Notes: generated from the sequence alone by a model not told the origin. 56,227 nucleotides of DNA, filler included, from Platydemus manokwari (GCA_037951405.1; 5 parts of 5 records of this genome joined end to end with filler, not necessarily neighbours in it), one strand, 5' to 3'; positions 40,561 to 53,376 are shown, counted from the whole stretch's first letter. Translations and numbers: made by a program.

Positions 40561-41429
40561 TTATTTAATAAACAGTTTTTCAATGAAACAACTCAGATGT
40601 AATCTGAAACCTTCACCACTAAGTATTGAGCAAATAACAATAACCTTCTTTTTGTCATAGGTTTCAACCAAGTTTGTCAAACATCTCTTCATCAACAAAT
40701 GGTCCTAGACATTTTCTTGGTCGTCTGTTTCGGTTATGATTCTGAAGCTATGAGATGCGTTGCCTTGATGAAATTGCCATTGCATATGGGATACCTGGAT
40801 GTTGAACTTGATACATTCGTTTGTGATTGTAACCATTAATTTATTCTTTAACCCTAATTTTCTCAGTAATATACCATTTGTCGTTGGCCAAGTTCCTAGT
40901 AAGTGAATAATGCACACCGAGTATCCCGGTCTTGATTATTTTATTTCTTTCCTGAGCTCCTCGTATTTTTGCACATTGAGGTTATCGGCAATAATCAGCA
41001 GACGTTGTTCGTTCAATGGGCATTTCACATGGATTAGAAATCTTGACCTTGTTTGGTTATTAACTACTTGCAAGTCAACTTGTAGTCTAAAACCCGTAAA
41101 TTGGCAAGGTTTTTCGACATAAACATAATTTTTGTGGAGTAATTGATAAATTTGGACAATATGTCCATGACCTCACACTTGTTAAAGACGTGTGTTTTTA
41201 ACTCTATCTTGTATTGGCACTTTCATTACTGATGGCCACTCATATACTTCTTGATCAGTGTTGGCAATGTATTAGAGCGTAGTTCATTCAGGTATATTAA
41301 TTTTGCTACTGTCAATCTTCCGTTGAATACGACTTTTTCCATATGGGTGAGACGGTAGGCATTATTTTTGTATGTCTTCCACGACGTATTTGTTGAGCCC
41401 ATTTCAGTTGATAACTTCCGGTGAAGCAT
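40561..41429 (-). pseudogene. CCHC zinc knuckle + restriction-like endonuclease (RLE, PD-(D/E)xK) of R2/NeSL-type non-LTR retrotransposons, without RT
   Basis: LRSNTLPT...KCQYKIELKTHVFNKC (knuckle, first Cys lost)...HxxIV...VEKPC...RLQVDLQVV...FLIHVKCP (D>H)...NVQKYEEL...PGYSV..LLGTW...N..LLRKLG matches the remembered RLE consensus RH..I..E..LRPDL..IIDV.CP..KY..L..GSLG.W..N..L..LG. Confidence 0.75.
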
Positions 41430-43409
41430 TAATATTGATTTATTTTAAAATGTAACTGTGATTATAATTACATATTTGAATATTCACCATTATTAGATAT
41501 CTTACAGTTTGTAGAACATCTGTCGCCCGAGAGTGTATCAATAATAAAATTAATCAAAAGATTGGTTTACTTGCTTATTATTCCTTCGATGGATTTCATT
41601 TAATAGTTGATTCCATGTACAGTTCTTTTTAGAATTCTTAATTTGATATTTTTCCTTATCGAGGGTTTATTTCAATGCTTTTATTAGTGTAAAATTTTAA
41701 TTTTCGCTGTCTATTTATACTATTTTAGAAGTATGTTTAAAAAAATTATTTTCCCACTTTGATTTAAAAAATCTCATTTTACATTCATTTGAATTATTTT
41801 ATTAATTTTTAGAAATTCTATGAATTTTTGGAAAATTCTGATGAATTAATTTTGGCATTTCTATAATTGATTACTATGGTCAATTTTAGAAATTATTTTA
41901 TTAATTAACTTAAACAATTCTACCTTTTATTATTATTATTATTGTTTTTGGTGCTTTATTCATTGTTTTGTGTTGTCCGATTTTAATTTAATTTTATATT
42001 TACCAAAATTATCAATTATTTTCAAAAGTACGATTAGTTACTACATATATAAAAATGCAACTACACATACGTATTTCAAAATCAAGGAAGGACTTGGGAT
42101 TATTCACATTTCAAGATTCAGATTAGAGACAATCAAATAGATAAATAGTTAAATCAATTGTCGTAGTCAGACGTTTCCATAGTCGAATTCCTCGTCGATG
42201 TTCACCGTTTGTGTAGCTCTCACCATCTTGAGGAACTGATCGTCGTTTCATCGGGGATTGTCAGTTCCAGTTTTATATTTTTAGCTCTCTCGCTCTGGAT
42301 GGTTTTTTCGGGCTTGTTTCCACGACACACGATGACATTTCAATTCCATTTATCATCCAGTTCTATCCGTTCTTGAGTATTGGTTCTCGGTACACCTTCC
42401 CAACACATTTATGCTTGATGACAATTAGCTTTAACTAGATAAGATTATTATTTTTATATATATTATTTTCTAAACATTTTTAATTAATATAATGATATTT
42501 ATTTTAGTAAACTATTCCTCTAATGGCGATTAATTTTTAATAAGATTTCTCTAATTCTCTCGCATTCTCATTCATTAATTTTTTTATTCCCTCGTTCTTT
42601 TTACTTGTACATAAACAAAAATAAAACTTTTTAAAAGAACAATACAAAAAAGGGATAACTGTCGATTGAACAAAATTAAAATCACTTATCTTATAGTCTT
42701 TTCTTCTTGAAGCATATTGAAAATAGATAAGCTTTTCAGACTGTATTTCTAATCCTATATCACAAATATCTTCTTAATAGTAAAATATTTTGAGCCAAAT
42801 AATATTATTGTGAAATTGATATTACTTGCTTGAAATTAGTTTCTTGATTATGATCGTATAAATTTCGTTTTCAAATTTGATTAAGTTACAGCTTGTATAT
42901 GATTATTGAGGTCACATACTGACTTTCTGTAATTTTTCTTCACACAGTTTTTGTATCTCTTAATATGTTGGCTTCAAATTTTTGAAATAACCTAATTGCG
43001 GGGGTTATGTTTGTTGTTTATCTTGATTGATTTACTTTTACTAATAAGAATTTTTCTGTTCAATGTCCATGAGTTAGATTGATCAAAAGGAACAAGAATC
43101 TTTTTATTTGTTCTTCTCTGGTTAACTTTGACATATTTCAAAACAGAAAAATTATATTATTAATATTTCAATATCTTTCATAAATATTTTTGTGCGTATT
43201 GTGTATGAAATTGTAACCGATTGTAGGTATATTTAATAAATATTATGCATGTATCTAATGTTTTGGATTTGCTTTTATTATTAGGACTAACTAGTGCGAG
43301 CTGTTGCATATTTTAATCAATTTCAACAGAATAATTGTTAATTGTTTAATTATTCGAAATATCATTTTATATTATTTTTTAGTTTGCGATTAAAACATTA
43401 AACACACAA

Positions 43410-43509
43410 NNNNNNNNNNNNNNNNNNNNNNNNNNNNNNNNNNNNNNNNNNNNTTAATTAATTAANNNNNNNNNNNNNNNNNNNNNNNNNNNNNNNNNNN
43501 NNNNNNNNN
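43410..43509. other. Artificial contig-joining spacer
   Basis: 44N-TTAATTAATTAA-44N. Confidence 0.95.
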
Positions 43510-43599
43510 AAATAATTATAACGAAAATTATAATTGTAATATTAACGCTAATAATAAAATAATATTTATTATAATGATAACTATATTAACTATAAAATA

Positions 43600-43709
43600 A
43601 TAATATTAATAATTACAGCGTTAATAATAACGATAATAATAATGATAATAATAATAAAAATAATAATACTAATAATAATACTAATAATAATGATATTAAT
43701 AAAAATGAA

Positions 43710-43762
<53 letters not shown>

Positions 43763-43790
43763 TGATGATAATAATAACAACGAGTAACAA
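43600..43790 (+). repeat. (ATA)n/AT-rich low-complexity tract
   Basis: Imperfect ATA repeats with a perfect core at ~43710-43760. Confidence 0.9.
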
Positions 43791-46700
43791 AACAATAAAA
43801 GTGCAATTCACTATATGAGAAATATAAATAAAAAACGAACAAAATAATTGTTTTCGCTCTCAATTCGAAAAGAAAAGTGAAAAAAAAACTCTTTCAATTA
43901 TTTTTTATCCTATAGAATTCCATGTTAGTGATGATAATCAATAGCAATAATGATGATACGGATGAGAATTGTAAATGAAAACAGATGATAAATGGTAAAT
44001 CATCAACCAAATATAAAATAGACATTTATATCAAATAATTTAGATGGTAAACCAATGCACTGAATGAGCTGAAAACAATATCCTTTATGCCCAACCAAAT
44101 ACGAGTGGGAAAAACACTGAAAAACAAAACAAAAACTAACTCGTCTCGTTGAATCGTAGTTGCCATATTCCAAACTCAAGCCAAAACACTCGAATACAAT
44201 ATCGAAATAAAAAAGAAAAATTAATAATAATAAATCCGAAACAGTTTATTGTACGAATATTCTGTCAGCCATTAAAATAAAAATGCTACGTTAAAGGAGG
44301 CATTGAACAACAACAACGGCAACAACAACAACAACAACAGCAATTGTCTGTATCATAATGATTGTGCAAATAATAATCCACACGCCCCAACTCAATATCA
44401 GAACATAAAAACACAAAGCAAGTCAAATTTATGTCAAGAAATTATTGTTTCGGGATCGCATTGAATATTTCAAATGACTATTGTTGGCACACAAAGTTCA
44501 CTTCTAACAAAAGAAGTTTTTCATAAAAAAAATAGACAAACTGGTTTGCTGAAATATATATTTGCACACAACAACTTAAACATACAACAGAACTGTTCCC
44601 GTTTTGTAAAATTTTGTTCGATAGCGAAACACTATGAAAAGCACTCTTGAAATGATTTGTGTGCGATTTATTGATTGGGATTTTTAGCGAAACAATATGA
44701 CAAATAAAATCTCCCCCAATACTTTAAATAATAATAATAATAAATATGATCAAATTTTTATTTGGGAAAGTCATTTTCAATCTCGTCCAACTCAGTTGGG
44801 ATTGTTTGAGAATCGATTTTGGATTTTTTTGTGTCAGAGATTAAGAGTTTTTGGTTCCGAGTTTAATTTATATTTCGAATTTTCTTACCAAATATATCGA
44901 CAAAATAACTTTTCATTTTCTCGACAAACATTGATAAAGATTTACGTGGGAATATTGGATTTAAAATTCATAAAAATAATAATAAAAAGAGACGAATTTG
45001 AAAAGCATCGTTGTGTGATGAAAGAAAATTCGTGGTGAGTCTGATGAGAATTTATGAAAATATGTTGAGTGATGTTATCGAGAGTGTAAATCATACTGAT
45101 GGATATTAAAAGGGTGTTGTTAGATTTGAGTGGAGAAGCTATACAACTCCTTTAGGATCGATTGGACCAATCCCAAGTTGGTTTATTAAAACAAGAATTT
45201 GTTAAGTCCATTTAATTTGTACCTTACCTCAAATTATAATTAACTTTTTAAACTGATATCGATGATTTGTACTTTAATATACTTCATAATATAAATGCCA
45301 TTACTGGAATTCATCATATCAAGACCTTGATCAGGCACTAAATTGCAACCGAAAATAACATTTTCCTAAAATCCTAAAACACCTACTAGCGGACAGAATT
45401 CATAAATAAAGAGAAACGAAAAATCAAAACCGGCGGTATTTTTGAAATTTTTTTTGTTTTATATTTGTACTTCTCAACACAACTATTTTCATTTAATTTT
45501 CATTCATTTTCCAAACTAATCATTGGAACCATTTCAATATGTCGGTCAATGATGAAAGTCAGAGTCGAACAAGAGATTTTCCAGCAAAAAAAAACGAAAA
45601 CCCAATCGAATTATATGTAGATCTCTGAAAACATTCGAAATGTCAGTTTTGATAACAACAAATTCAATTGGAATCTCCTCTGTGAAAACTAAAAATAGAA
45701 CATTTTCAAGGTCATAACGACAAGCAAAGTCAATAAAAATAAAACTACTAATATTCTAAACATATATTATCACCTACAATTCCAAATGCAACTCGCTCCG
45801 ACATAATAAAAAAAAACACATCAGTTTTATGAAGGTTAAACTGATCTTGAATTGAAATAAAGGGCAATTTTTCTTTCTCAGTTGTGGTGGATGGAGAAAA
45901 AAATTGCGATTGTTTATTTAACCCAGTAAATTGCGATATATTATTTTGATGTTTTCTTTATTATTAATGATGTTTTCTTTTGATAGGTTTGACAATAAGA
46001 TAAACAGGATTATTGCATTTGGGTTGATTATTGTGACATCATTTGTCGATATTGGCACACATTGGTGATGATTTTCATGATGATGAAGTAGATTAGTAAG
46101 CAATAGGAATATTTCCATATGAGCCGAGTATCTATTGGAGAGAAATACATTTGTGTTGTTCAATGACATGATAGTGATAGTTAATATTATATAGAATGCT
46201 TTATGGGTATGCAGAGATAAGTCAGACTTTTATTTTTAGGATTATCCAGTCCTATCTATCATATGATGGCATAATTACTAAATCGAATATTGTCTTATGA
46301 AGCTATTATCAGAGAGGCGGTCAACTGATTTATTGAGGTGATAATTCTCGAATAGAATATCAAATATCATAAACATTTAATCGCTATTATCAGGTTATCT
46401 TCAACTATCTGATTTGAATATTTTAATTATTTCGATTTTCTCCTTATTAAATGTATGTTTAGGAAAACAAAATATTCGCAATGCTATCACGCTGAATACG
46501 ATACACGATTGATTGTATTGTTGGATACATTGTGGTTCACTGGCTGATGTCATTTTGAAGCCACATGTGTGTCGGTTGTGATTCTCGTTAGAATGAAATT
46601 TGTATGTGTCGATAATATAACACGTCTTAATAATCGTACAGGTCTCAAGGTCATTAACATTATGGTTGTTAACCATGCCAATTTTATATTGGATTTTCCA

Positions 46701-47911
46701 TAGAATGATGACAACACCATATTTAGATTGCGAAATCTCAACGATTTACATTTTTTTCAAAAGGTCGACACACTCAAACAATTTAACTATAAAACCAACA
46801 CAGTTTGTCCATCAACTAAAATCGTTCCCACTTGAAAGCAGGACTATCAAAATGGAGGAGAAAAGAAAAAAAAACGTGTAAAGTAATTTTCTGATAATTT
46901 TCAATATTTAGAAAGGAAAAAAATTAAACTATTGGTCGAATTAAAAAAGAGCTTTCTTAAATTTCTTGATTATTTGACAAGTTAATGGATTATAGAGGGT
47001 AATCATCAGACAGGACTAATACCACTTTGATTTCATTCTCCACAATGAAGCATGCCATAAAAGTCACTAATAATAGAATGAGAAGAGATATTTTATCGAA
47101 ACATTATGGATAATAATACCAATTCTCTGAAGACTCAATCTGTAAATTTCGTACTATTATATTTTTTTAAAAAAAATTTATAAAGAAACGATTATTCAAT
47201 GGATTCTATTTCAATACAGTCTCATTTTTTGTCGTTTGATGATTTATCTTAACGTTTCCGCTGAATACCAGTGCTTTCAGTTTTATATTTGTTTTACTGA
47301 AATGAAAAAAATGAGAAAAAAATATTTGAATTTTATTGATGTGAAAGAATTGTTTTGTGACAATAATAATAATAATAATAATAATACAAACGATAAAAAT
47401 AATAACAATGAGTATGATAATCGTTAATATGAGTTTTCTTAATAATAAAGGAATAATAATAATTATATTATAAAATAAAATGATAATAATAAAGTGATAA
47501 TTATAATTATACGATGATAAAATAGCAATAAAAAGAAAAACCTGATTAAAACAATATAATTATTATGATTATAGATTGGAAAAACCGGAAGTATAAATTA
47601 AGAAAAACAATCGACATTTATTTGCGACGTGTTAGAAACTAATGAGACACCAATACAGGAAATCATCCCAGATTTTATTCCTCATTTTATCAGATTTTCA
47701 TTAATAATCATAAGTTTGGAAATTGACATTTTAATTTTTGTTTTAATCCTATTGTTCTTATAATAACAATCACGGATGAGTAATAATAATCAATATAAAT
47801 TTTATTATTATTATTATTAATATAATTATATTATTAATAATAATCAAAATTATAATTTTATCATTTAATATTATCGATGTTAATATTAACGTATAAAATT
47901 ATTTATTTAGC

Positions 47912-47976
<65 letters not shown>
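47912..47976 (+). repeat. (TAT)n microsatellite
   Basis: About 21 perfect units. Confidence 0.95.
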
Positions 47977-47977
<1 letters not shown>

Positions 47978-48911
47978 AACAATTACTTGAACTATTTTAA
48001 GTACAAAAAGCATATTAACATTAATAATGATACAAACGATGTATATGAATGCTATTTGGCATCACACCGTCACTTGGTTAGCAAAAAGTACCATTGGAAA
48101 TATCATTATGTTACACCTCTCTCGCTCAGAAAATAGCGGTACATGAACTATGTATATTCCATAAGACTCCATATTCAAATTATCAATTAATAAACTAATT
48201 AAAAAAGTTAGTCCATATAATGTGTTAACAAAATTACTTCTCGAAAACTTTTCAGTTCCAAAGCAAAAAGCTCAACATATCATTTATAGTCCAAAGGAGA
48301 TATCGCACATTTTTCTGGCTGATAATAATATATTTTATGTTTATCAAGATTAAAACCTTTATTGCTATATTGTATCGTTGCATTGGTGCGTTTGGCTTTA
48401 TTTGTTTTATTTGTGTATTACAACTTGCGTGAAGATAAATATTGATTTTTAATATAATTTCTATATACCTCTTAATATATGTCAAAGCGGTTCTATGTAG
48501 GACAAGGAGTGTATTAAATCTATAATGTTTTACCTTGTGTCTTGCGTTCACTCAAAGAATTTAATAACAATAAAAGTTGCTACTAACAGTTACTATTAGT
48601 GAAATTATTCTATGAACGCTTTTATAAACACAAATTATGATAACGATATATCAAATAGGACTAATAAAACATAATCCGAGATATAAGATTACAACAACGA
48701 TTTTAGGACAATACCATCAATTTAAGTCACAATTCCACAAATAACCTTGTGATAATCACGCTCCTTCATCTATATTGGATTGATATCAGGCACAAGGATG
48801 AGAAATATGATAGGATTTAAGAATTTTTTAGCTAATTAATTTGGATTATTTTTCTAGTAATTGTAATCACGGATATCACGATTTTACGAATAAAATCTTC
48901 AACTTGGTGAT

Positions 48912-49620
48912 ATGGATGAAATTTTCGTGTCCATTTTTATTCATGAGGATCAAGGTGTCAGACAAGTCTTGCTGAAATGACGGTGAGAATAAATGCACTG
49001 TAGAGGTCTGGGTGCAAATGAAAAATTAATTAATTTCCGAGAAGATCAAGAACTATTGAGTGGCATTTGGTATTTAGAAAAGGCAAGAGTAGTGGTTTCA
49101 TTTTCAGTGGTTTCAGCATTTACAGAGCAAAGAATTACCGGTTCTTATGTAATACGGGGAGTAGTTAATTATATGAATACTATTTTTCCAGCGATTTCTG
49201 TGGTTTATAAAATGCAGTAAACAGTGAACAATGCTGCTTTGTCTTTTGAGGATTAACCATCTGTAAAGGAAGCACATTTGAGTGGAGTTATGAAGCAATT
49301 CACAGAGTTTTAAAAGGTTATCAAAAGTGAAAAAAAATAAGTTTTATTGGAGATGATTGTTCCTCTTACATGGATTTCTTAGTCATCGATTTGGAAGTTG
49401 ATGCCAATACTATGAGTTCTAGATTTACAGACTGAGTATCCGATTTTGGTGCACCAAGTTGAGGTAGTGTTTCATTTGATTGGGGACGTCTCATCACTCT
49501 GCTAGAGGAGCGAATTGGAAATGTTTGGTTTATTATGTCGAGTTATATGGACTATATGAGATATGACAAATGAGCCGAGAAAAGTGTTAAAGGCTTGAAA
49601 CTTTTGTGATGGGTATAAAC
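48912..49620 (+). pseudogene. Possible negative-strand RNA virus (Mononegavirales/Jingchuvirales-type) nucleoprotein-like pseudogene
   Basis: Decayed frame ..K*RVRINAL.RGLG....IRGVVNYMNTIF....PSVKEAHLSGVMKQFTEF*KVIKSEKNKFYWR..VP. Motif spacing resembles remembered invertebrate mononega/chu-like N proteins (W..RI.A...LG; ..YL..IL; P.L.......F; Y.R...P). Similarity is weak and by eye only. Confidence 0.35.
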
Positions 49621-49802
49621 GAGATTAGAGATTATTTCGAAATGTTTTAAATGTGCACAACTAAAATAATATAAATTTGCATTGAAATGTATAGGATAAA
49701 TTTCTTCAAAAGTATTTTTTGCATTGATATTTCATTTCTCATCATCTCTATTAATTTATGTGCTTAAAACTGATCTTATGTTTTATATTTTTTTAATCAA
49801 AA

Positions 49803-50050
49803 ATGGTCTTTTCATACTCTATAAACAACGCAGTTAAGCTTACTGAACCTGTCCATGATAACAACAAAGCACAATTTGTTATTCTAAATATTCTGAACTG
49901 CAGAGCCCAAGTAGGACCTATTTTGGTCTGCTTTGATCAGTGTTCCATTTTGTACAGCACGCACATTCTTTTAGAACTTATTTTATGGTTAAGTACTTGT
50001 TAGACCAATAGAAATGTCTTGTGTATCTTTAACAAGAAAAGAAAAGAGTC
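49803..50050 (+). pseudogene. Small orphan ORF downstream of the N-like gene
   Basis: ATG-initiated 66-codon frame in a GC-richer block, followed by AATAAA motifs near 50188. Confidence 0.3.
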
Positions 50051-50199
50051 GTAAGTTTATGAAGGCAACCTATTGTGAATGTTTTAATATTTTTATTTCT
50101 TTGCGAAGGTAAAACACTGTATGATTTTTGAAAAAATGCACGATATGAAAAATTATAATGTATATTTATTTAGGACCACACAGACTAGAATAAATAAAT

Positions 50200-51363
50200 C
50201 AATTTATAATAAATGGAAGAAACATTGAGGGAATTTTTGCTTGATTCCCATCTGGCATATCTGTTCATATATAAACTTGACGAACTGTGTGTTGAAATCC
50301 CATAGAATTATTACAGTGATTTCACTCTCTTTCACTCTTACTAAAATATCATATTTAACTTTCTGTTAAGAGCTTCATGATACAAAATATGTGACATCTA
50401 TTGCCCAAGAGTTTTCACAATTTTACGTATTTCGCGGTCTTTCATTTGCTGTTCAGGAATTTTCACAATGATATCTGACTTCCTGTAGAGTTGTGCGAAG
50501 TATCTTGTTTTATTTTATCAATCTTGGGACAACTTCTTGGTCGTTCTCTGTTTGTGGAAACAACTTAACCCAGCTTTAATCAACTTCATTTAAAACGGGG
50601 GCTTCTAATTTCTGTCCGTCAATCTTCATTCATGATGTTGATTTTGGTAAGACATCGAATTTCAGACATTTCAATCTCTGGCTGTATTTTGCTCTCTCTT
50701 AGTAACAATATCCTTAAAAATTGTTTCACACGTCAAGTCTGAACTCAAAATCGATTATACCAATTTTTGAACTTGAATCTTCAGTGTGGCGAATTGCTCA
50801 TTATAATTTTGTTGAACTCTTGATAATTCAATAATCAAGTCAGTAAAGACTTTTTGTTGTAAAGGTATCCATGAACCACTTCCTTGAGTCTTCTTTAGTT
50901 GCTTCATTCATAAAATTCTTCCATGATATCATAGGTTTCTCCGATTATAGGAAGTCAAAAGCATTTAGAATATTGAGATTATTAATAACAAGTCTACAAT
51001 ATCCCGGATTCATCTAGTAGTTTAATTTGGGTCTCGGACGTCATATTTTTAAACATTAAAGTTAAAGGTTTCTTGAGACTTCTTAGGCAGTGACTACGAT
51101 AGTATTTTGCACTGTGAGATTCTGGGCATTAATTTCAGCAGAGTTGTCGCCAGTAACAGTCTTGGTAAATATGAATGTATATTTTTAAAACAGTATCAGA
51201 AAATTAAATATTAAAACAAACAATCACGTGACTATAAATACTACTGTCCACCTTGTTAGGTTGTATTGGATTATTTATGATGTAAATCAGTAACCAACAG
51301 ATCTGGCATTTCCTGTAACTCTTCTTTAGTTGCGATATTAGATCGAGTATTATTTCTTGCCAT
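50200..51363 (-). pseudogene. Orphan gene (MARNNTRSNIATKEELQEMPDLL...), decayed
   Basis: ATG at 51363 downstream of a TATA; long protein-like stretches (e.g. QKVFTDLIIELSRVQQNYNEQFATLKIQVQKL, coiled-coil-like) broken by stops and frameshifts. Confidence 0.4.
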
Positions 51364-52081
51364 TTCGTCTATTTAATTAATTTATTTCAAGCTCCGTTAT
51401 AATTCATGTCCACATTTCCCGCCATTTATAAAACTTTCAAATAATTTTTAATATCATCAAATATTGATCTTTCTTTGGAAATAATTATCTTCACCTGTAC
51501 GATTTATTTGATTTGGATCAAATCTTCATTTCATTACAACATGGACATCCAATGTATTAAGTAGATATTAAAATACTTATTTTGAGAGAAAACACAAGCA
51601 CCTTATTCCTGACACTTCTCAATATTTTAGAAGTCACTTTTTTATAAAAGAACTCTGGAGATTTTAGATATAATTCCAATCGCTTCTAATGTTAAAAGAA
51701 GGGGTCCTCGCTAATTTTCAATTAATTGCATTTTGACCTACTTTGACCCATTTTTCAAATAATTAATTTTTAGGAGATTTTAAAAATCCTATGTATGTAT
51801 TATTTGATACTAAACAACTAAAATTTTACACAAGTACTTAAATAAAAAATCCAAAATGTTATTAAAGAATTTAATTAAATAATCTATATAGATTTTTGCA
51901 ATACACTCCACAATTTTATAATTTTATTTTAGGACCCTATTTTTTAACTTTAGCCAAAAAATAAGTAATTAAAGTAAAATTAAAACACAAAATAATAAAG
52001 ATGAATAGAACAAATATAAATGAATCAAAATCTTATTGTATAAAATAAAATGTGTAAGTAGTTAAAAATTATTACAAAAAT

Positions 52082-52163
52082 AATAGTGAACGCAATAGTG
52101 AACATAGCAATGAACATAATTGTGAACGCAATACTGAACATAGTAGTGAACATAATAGTGAAA
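52082..52163 (+). repeat. 12-bp minisatellite (AATAGTGAAC(GC/AT)) x7
   Basis: aatagtgaacgc aatagtgaacat agcaatgaacat aattgtgaacgc aatactgaacat agtagtgaacat aatagtgaa. Confidence 0.9.
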
Positions 52164-52439
52164 TACTAAACGTAAAACAATAATAACAACAATTATAATT
52201 AAAATGTTAATTAAAAAGTTCAACAAAAGTTCATTAATAGAAATAAATAATTTAAAATGTCAATATTAAGTAAAAATAATTGAAAAACAGGCAGCTTAAC
52301 CTTAAAAATAGCAAGTATCGTGCTCATATTGAAAGATAAATGAGAAAACCACATTGCAGTGAGGAGATAGTCATTCTATCAGGCGAATCAATTAAGATGA
52401 GAATTATGCTTTAACTTGGAGTAATCGTTATGTAACAAG

Positions 52440-53376
52440 TTGTAGTTGCTTAAGCTGTAAGTATATATAGAAATTTTTTTGATAGAGTTAGTAGATCATT
52501 CTCACTGGTAATGTATTGTAGAGACTGCGACAAATACTGAGGTAGTTTGTGATAACAGCCAAGGGCAGACTCTGTATTGGTATTTTTAAACGAACATTTG
52601 GTCTGCATAATTATTTGTGAAACTCAAGACATGTATGAGCCAAACTCAGCTCACCCAGCTCATTTATAAATCAATCCAGCTTGACTTTTAATTCCCATCA
52701 CAATCCTATACTAGAAAAAGTATAGCTAGAGCGAAATAAATTCATCGATTGGATTTCAAAATCCCTACGGTTGCAAAGTCGTCCTCTACCAATATAGTTA
52801 GAAACCCTGAATAACCAGAAATATTGATTTTAATAATTGATTGTATACTATACGAACTAATATTGGACTAAAAATTGTTTTGTGTATGATTATCACTTTA
52901 ATTTCAAATATATTATCATCAAGTGAATACTTTATTGCTTTTATTTCATGTTACGAGCGGATATAAAGTTTATTGTATTATAATGGCATTTGAGCATTAA
53001 GAACCAAAACAATAGATGAGAAAGATAAGTGATAAAACAGGAATAAAACAGTGTTAGATTGGTAATAGCAAATAAGCAATTAGAAGTCTTCTAATCACAA
53101 CCAGATCATCAAAGGAGCAGTTAAAATCCGTGACCACAAACTTAAGGAAATTTGATGCTAAAAAGAGGTTGTCGAATTTTCGCGGTTGAAGAAGAAGTAT
53201 TAGTGAAGAAATAACCACGGAAGATAAAGAAGAACAGAGATCGTTATGAAGGTCCTCACAGAATTTTGAAATTATTAAGTCTATATCAAGTGCTTCCTGA
53301 TTTCCAAGGACAGACAAAACCCCGAAGTACTGAGTGGCTGAATAAGGTCTCAAAAACAGCGGGAAAGGCAAGTTAG
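52440..53376 (+). pseudogene. Gypsy-type integrase remnant (core heavily decayed; C-terminal GPY/F module clear)
   Basis: 53161-53376 reads KRGCRIFAVEEEVLVKK*PRKIKKNRDRYEGPHRILKLLSLYQV..TKPRSTEWLNK..*, fitting F.VG..VLV....K...YEGP..I; preceded by RKFDAKKR. Upstream LVDHSHW resembles the IN core (VDHFSRW). Confidence 0.65.

Larger units (their letters stand above)
36790..43134 (-). mobile_element. Compact co-directional array of at least 6 decayed orphan genes, virus- or giant-transposon-like
   Basis: Successive minus-strand pseudo-ORFs starting at about 43134, 42420, 41429, 40543, 38999, 38450 and 37256, several separated by only tens of nt; AATAAA lies just upstream of the 41429 and 40543 starts. 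The coding parts lack the host's dense intron pattern. Confidence 0.5.

Noticed and set aside
43590-43811. Poly-Ile/poly-Leu ORFs (and the X-rich ORFs at 5736-6038)
   Set aside because: Translations of ATA microsatellite or N gaps.
51691-51948. Possible MITE (15/18-nt inverted termini GTTAAAA..GGGTCCT)
   Set aside because: Short, partly AT-rich match, no second copy in the window and TSD uncertain.
52082-52163. Short repeat array as CRISPR-like
   Set aside because: Head-to-tail 12-mers with no spacers, in eukaryotic DNA; a minisatellite.
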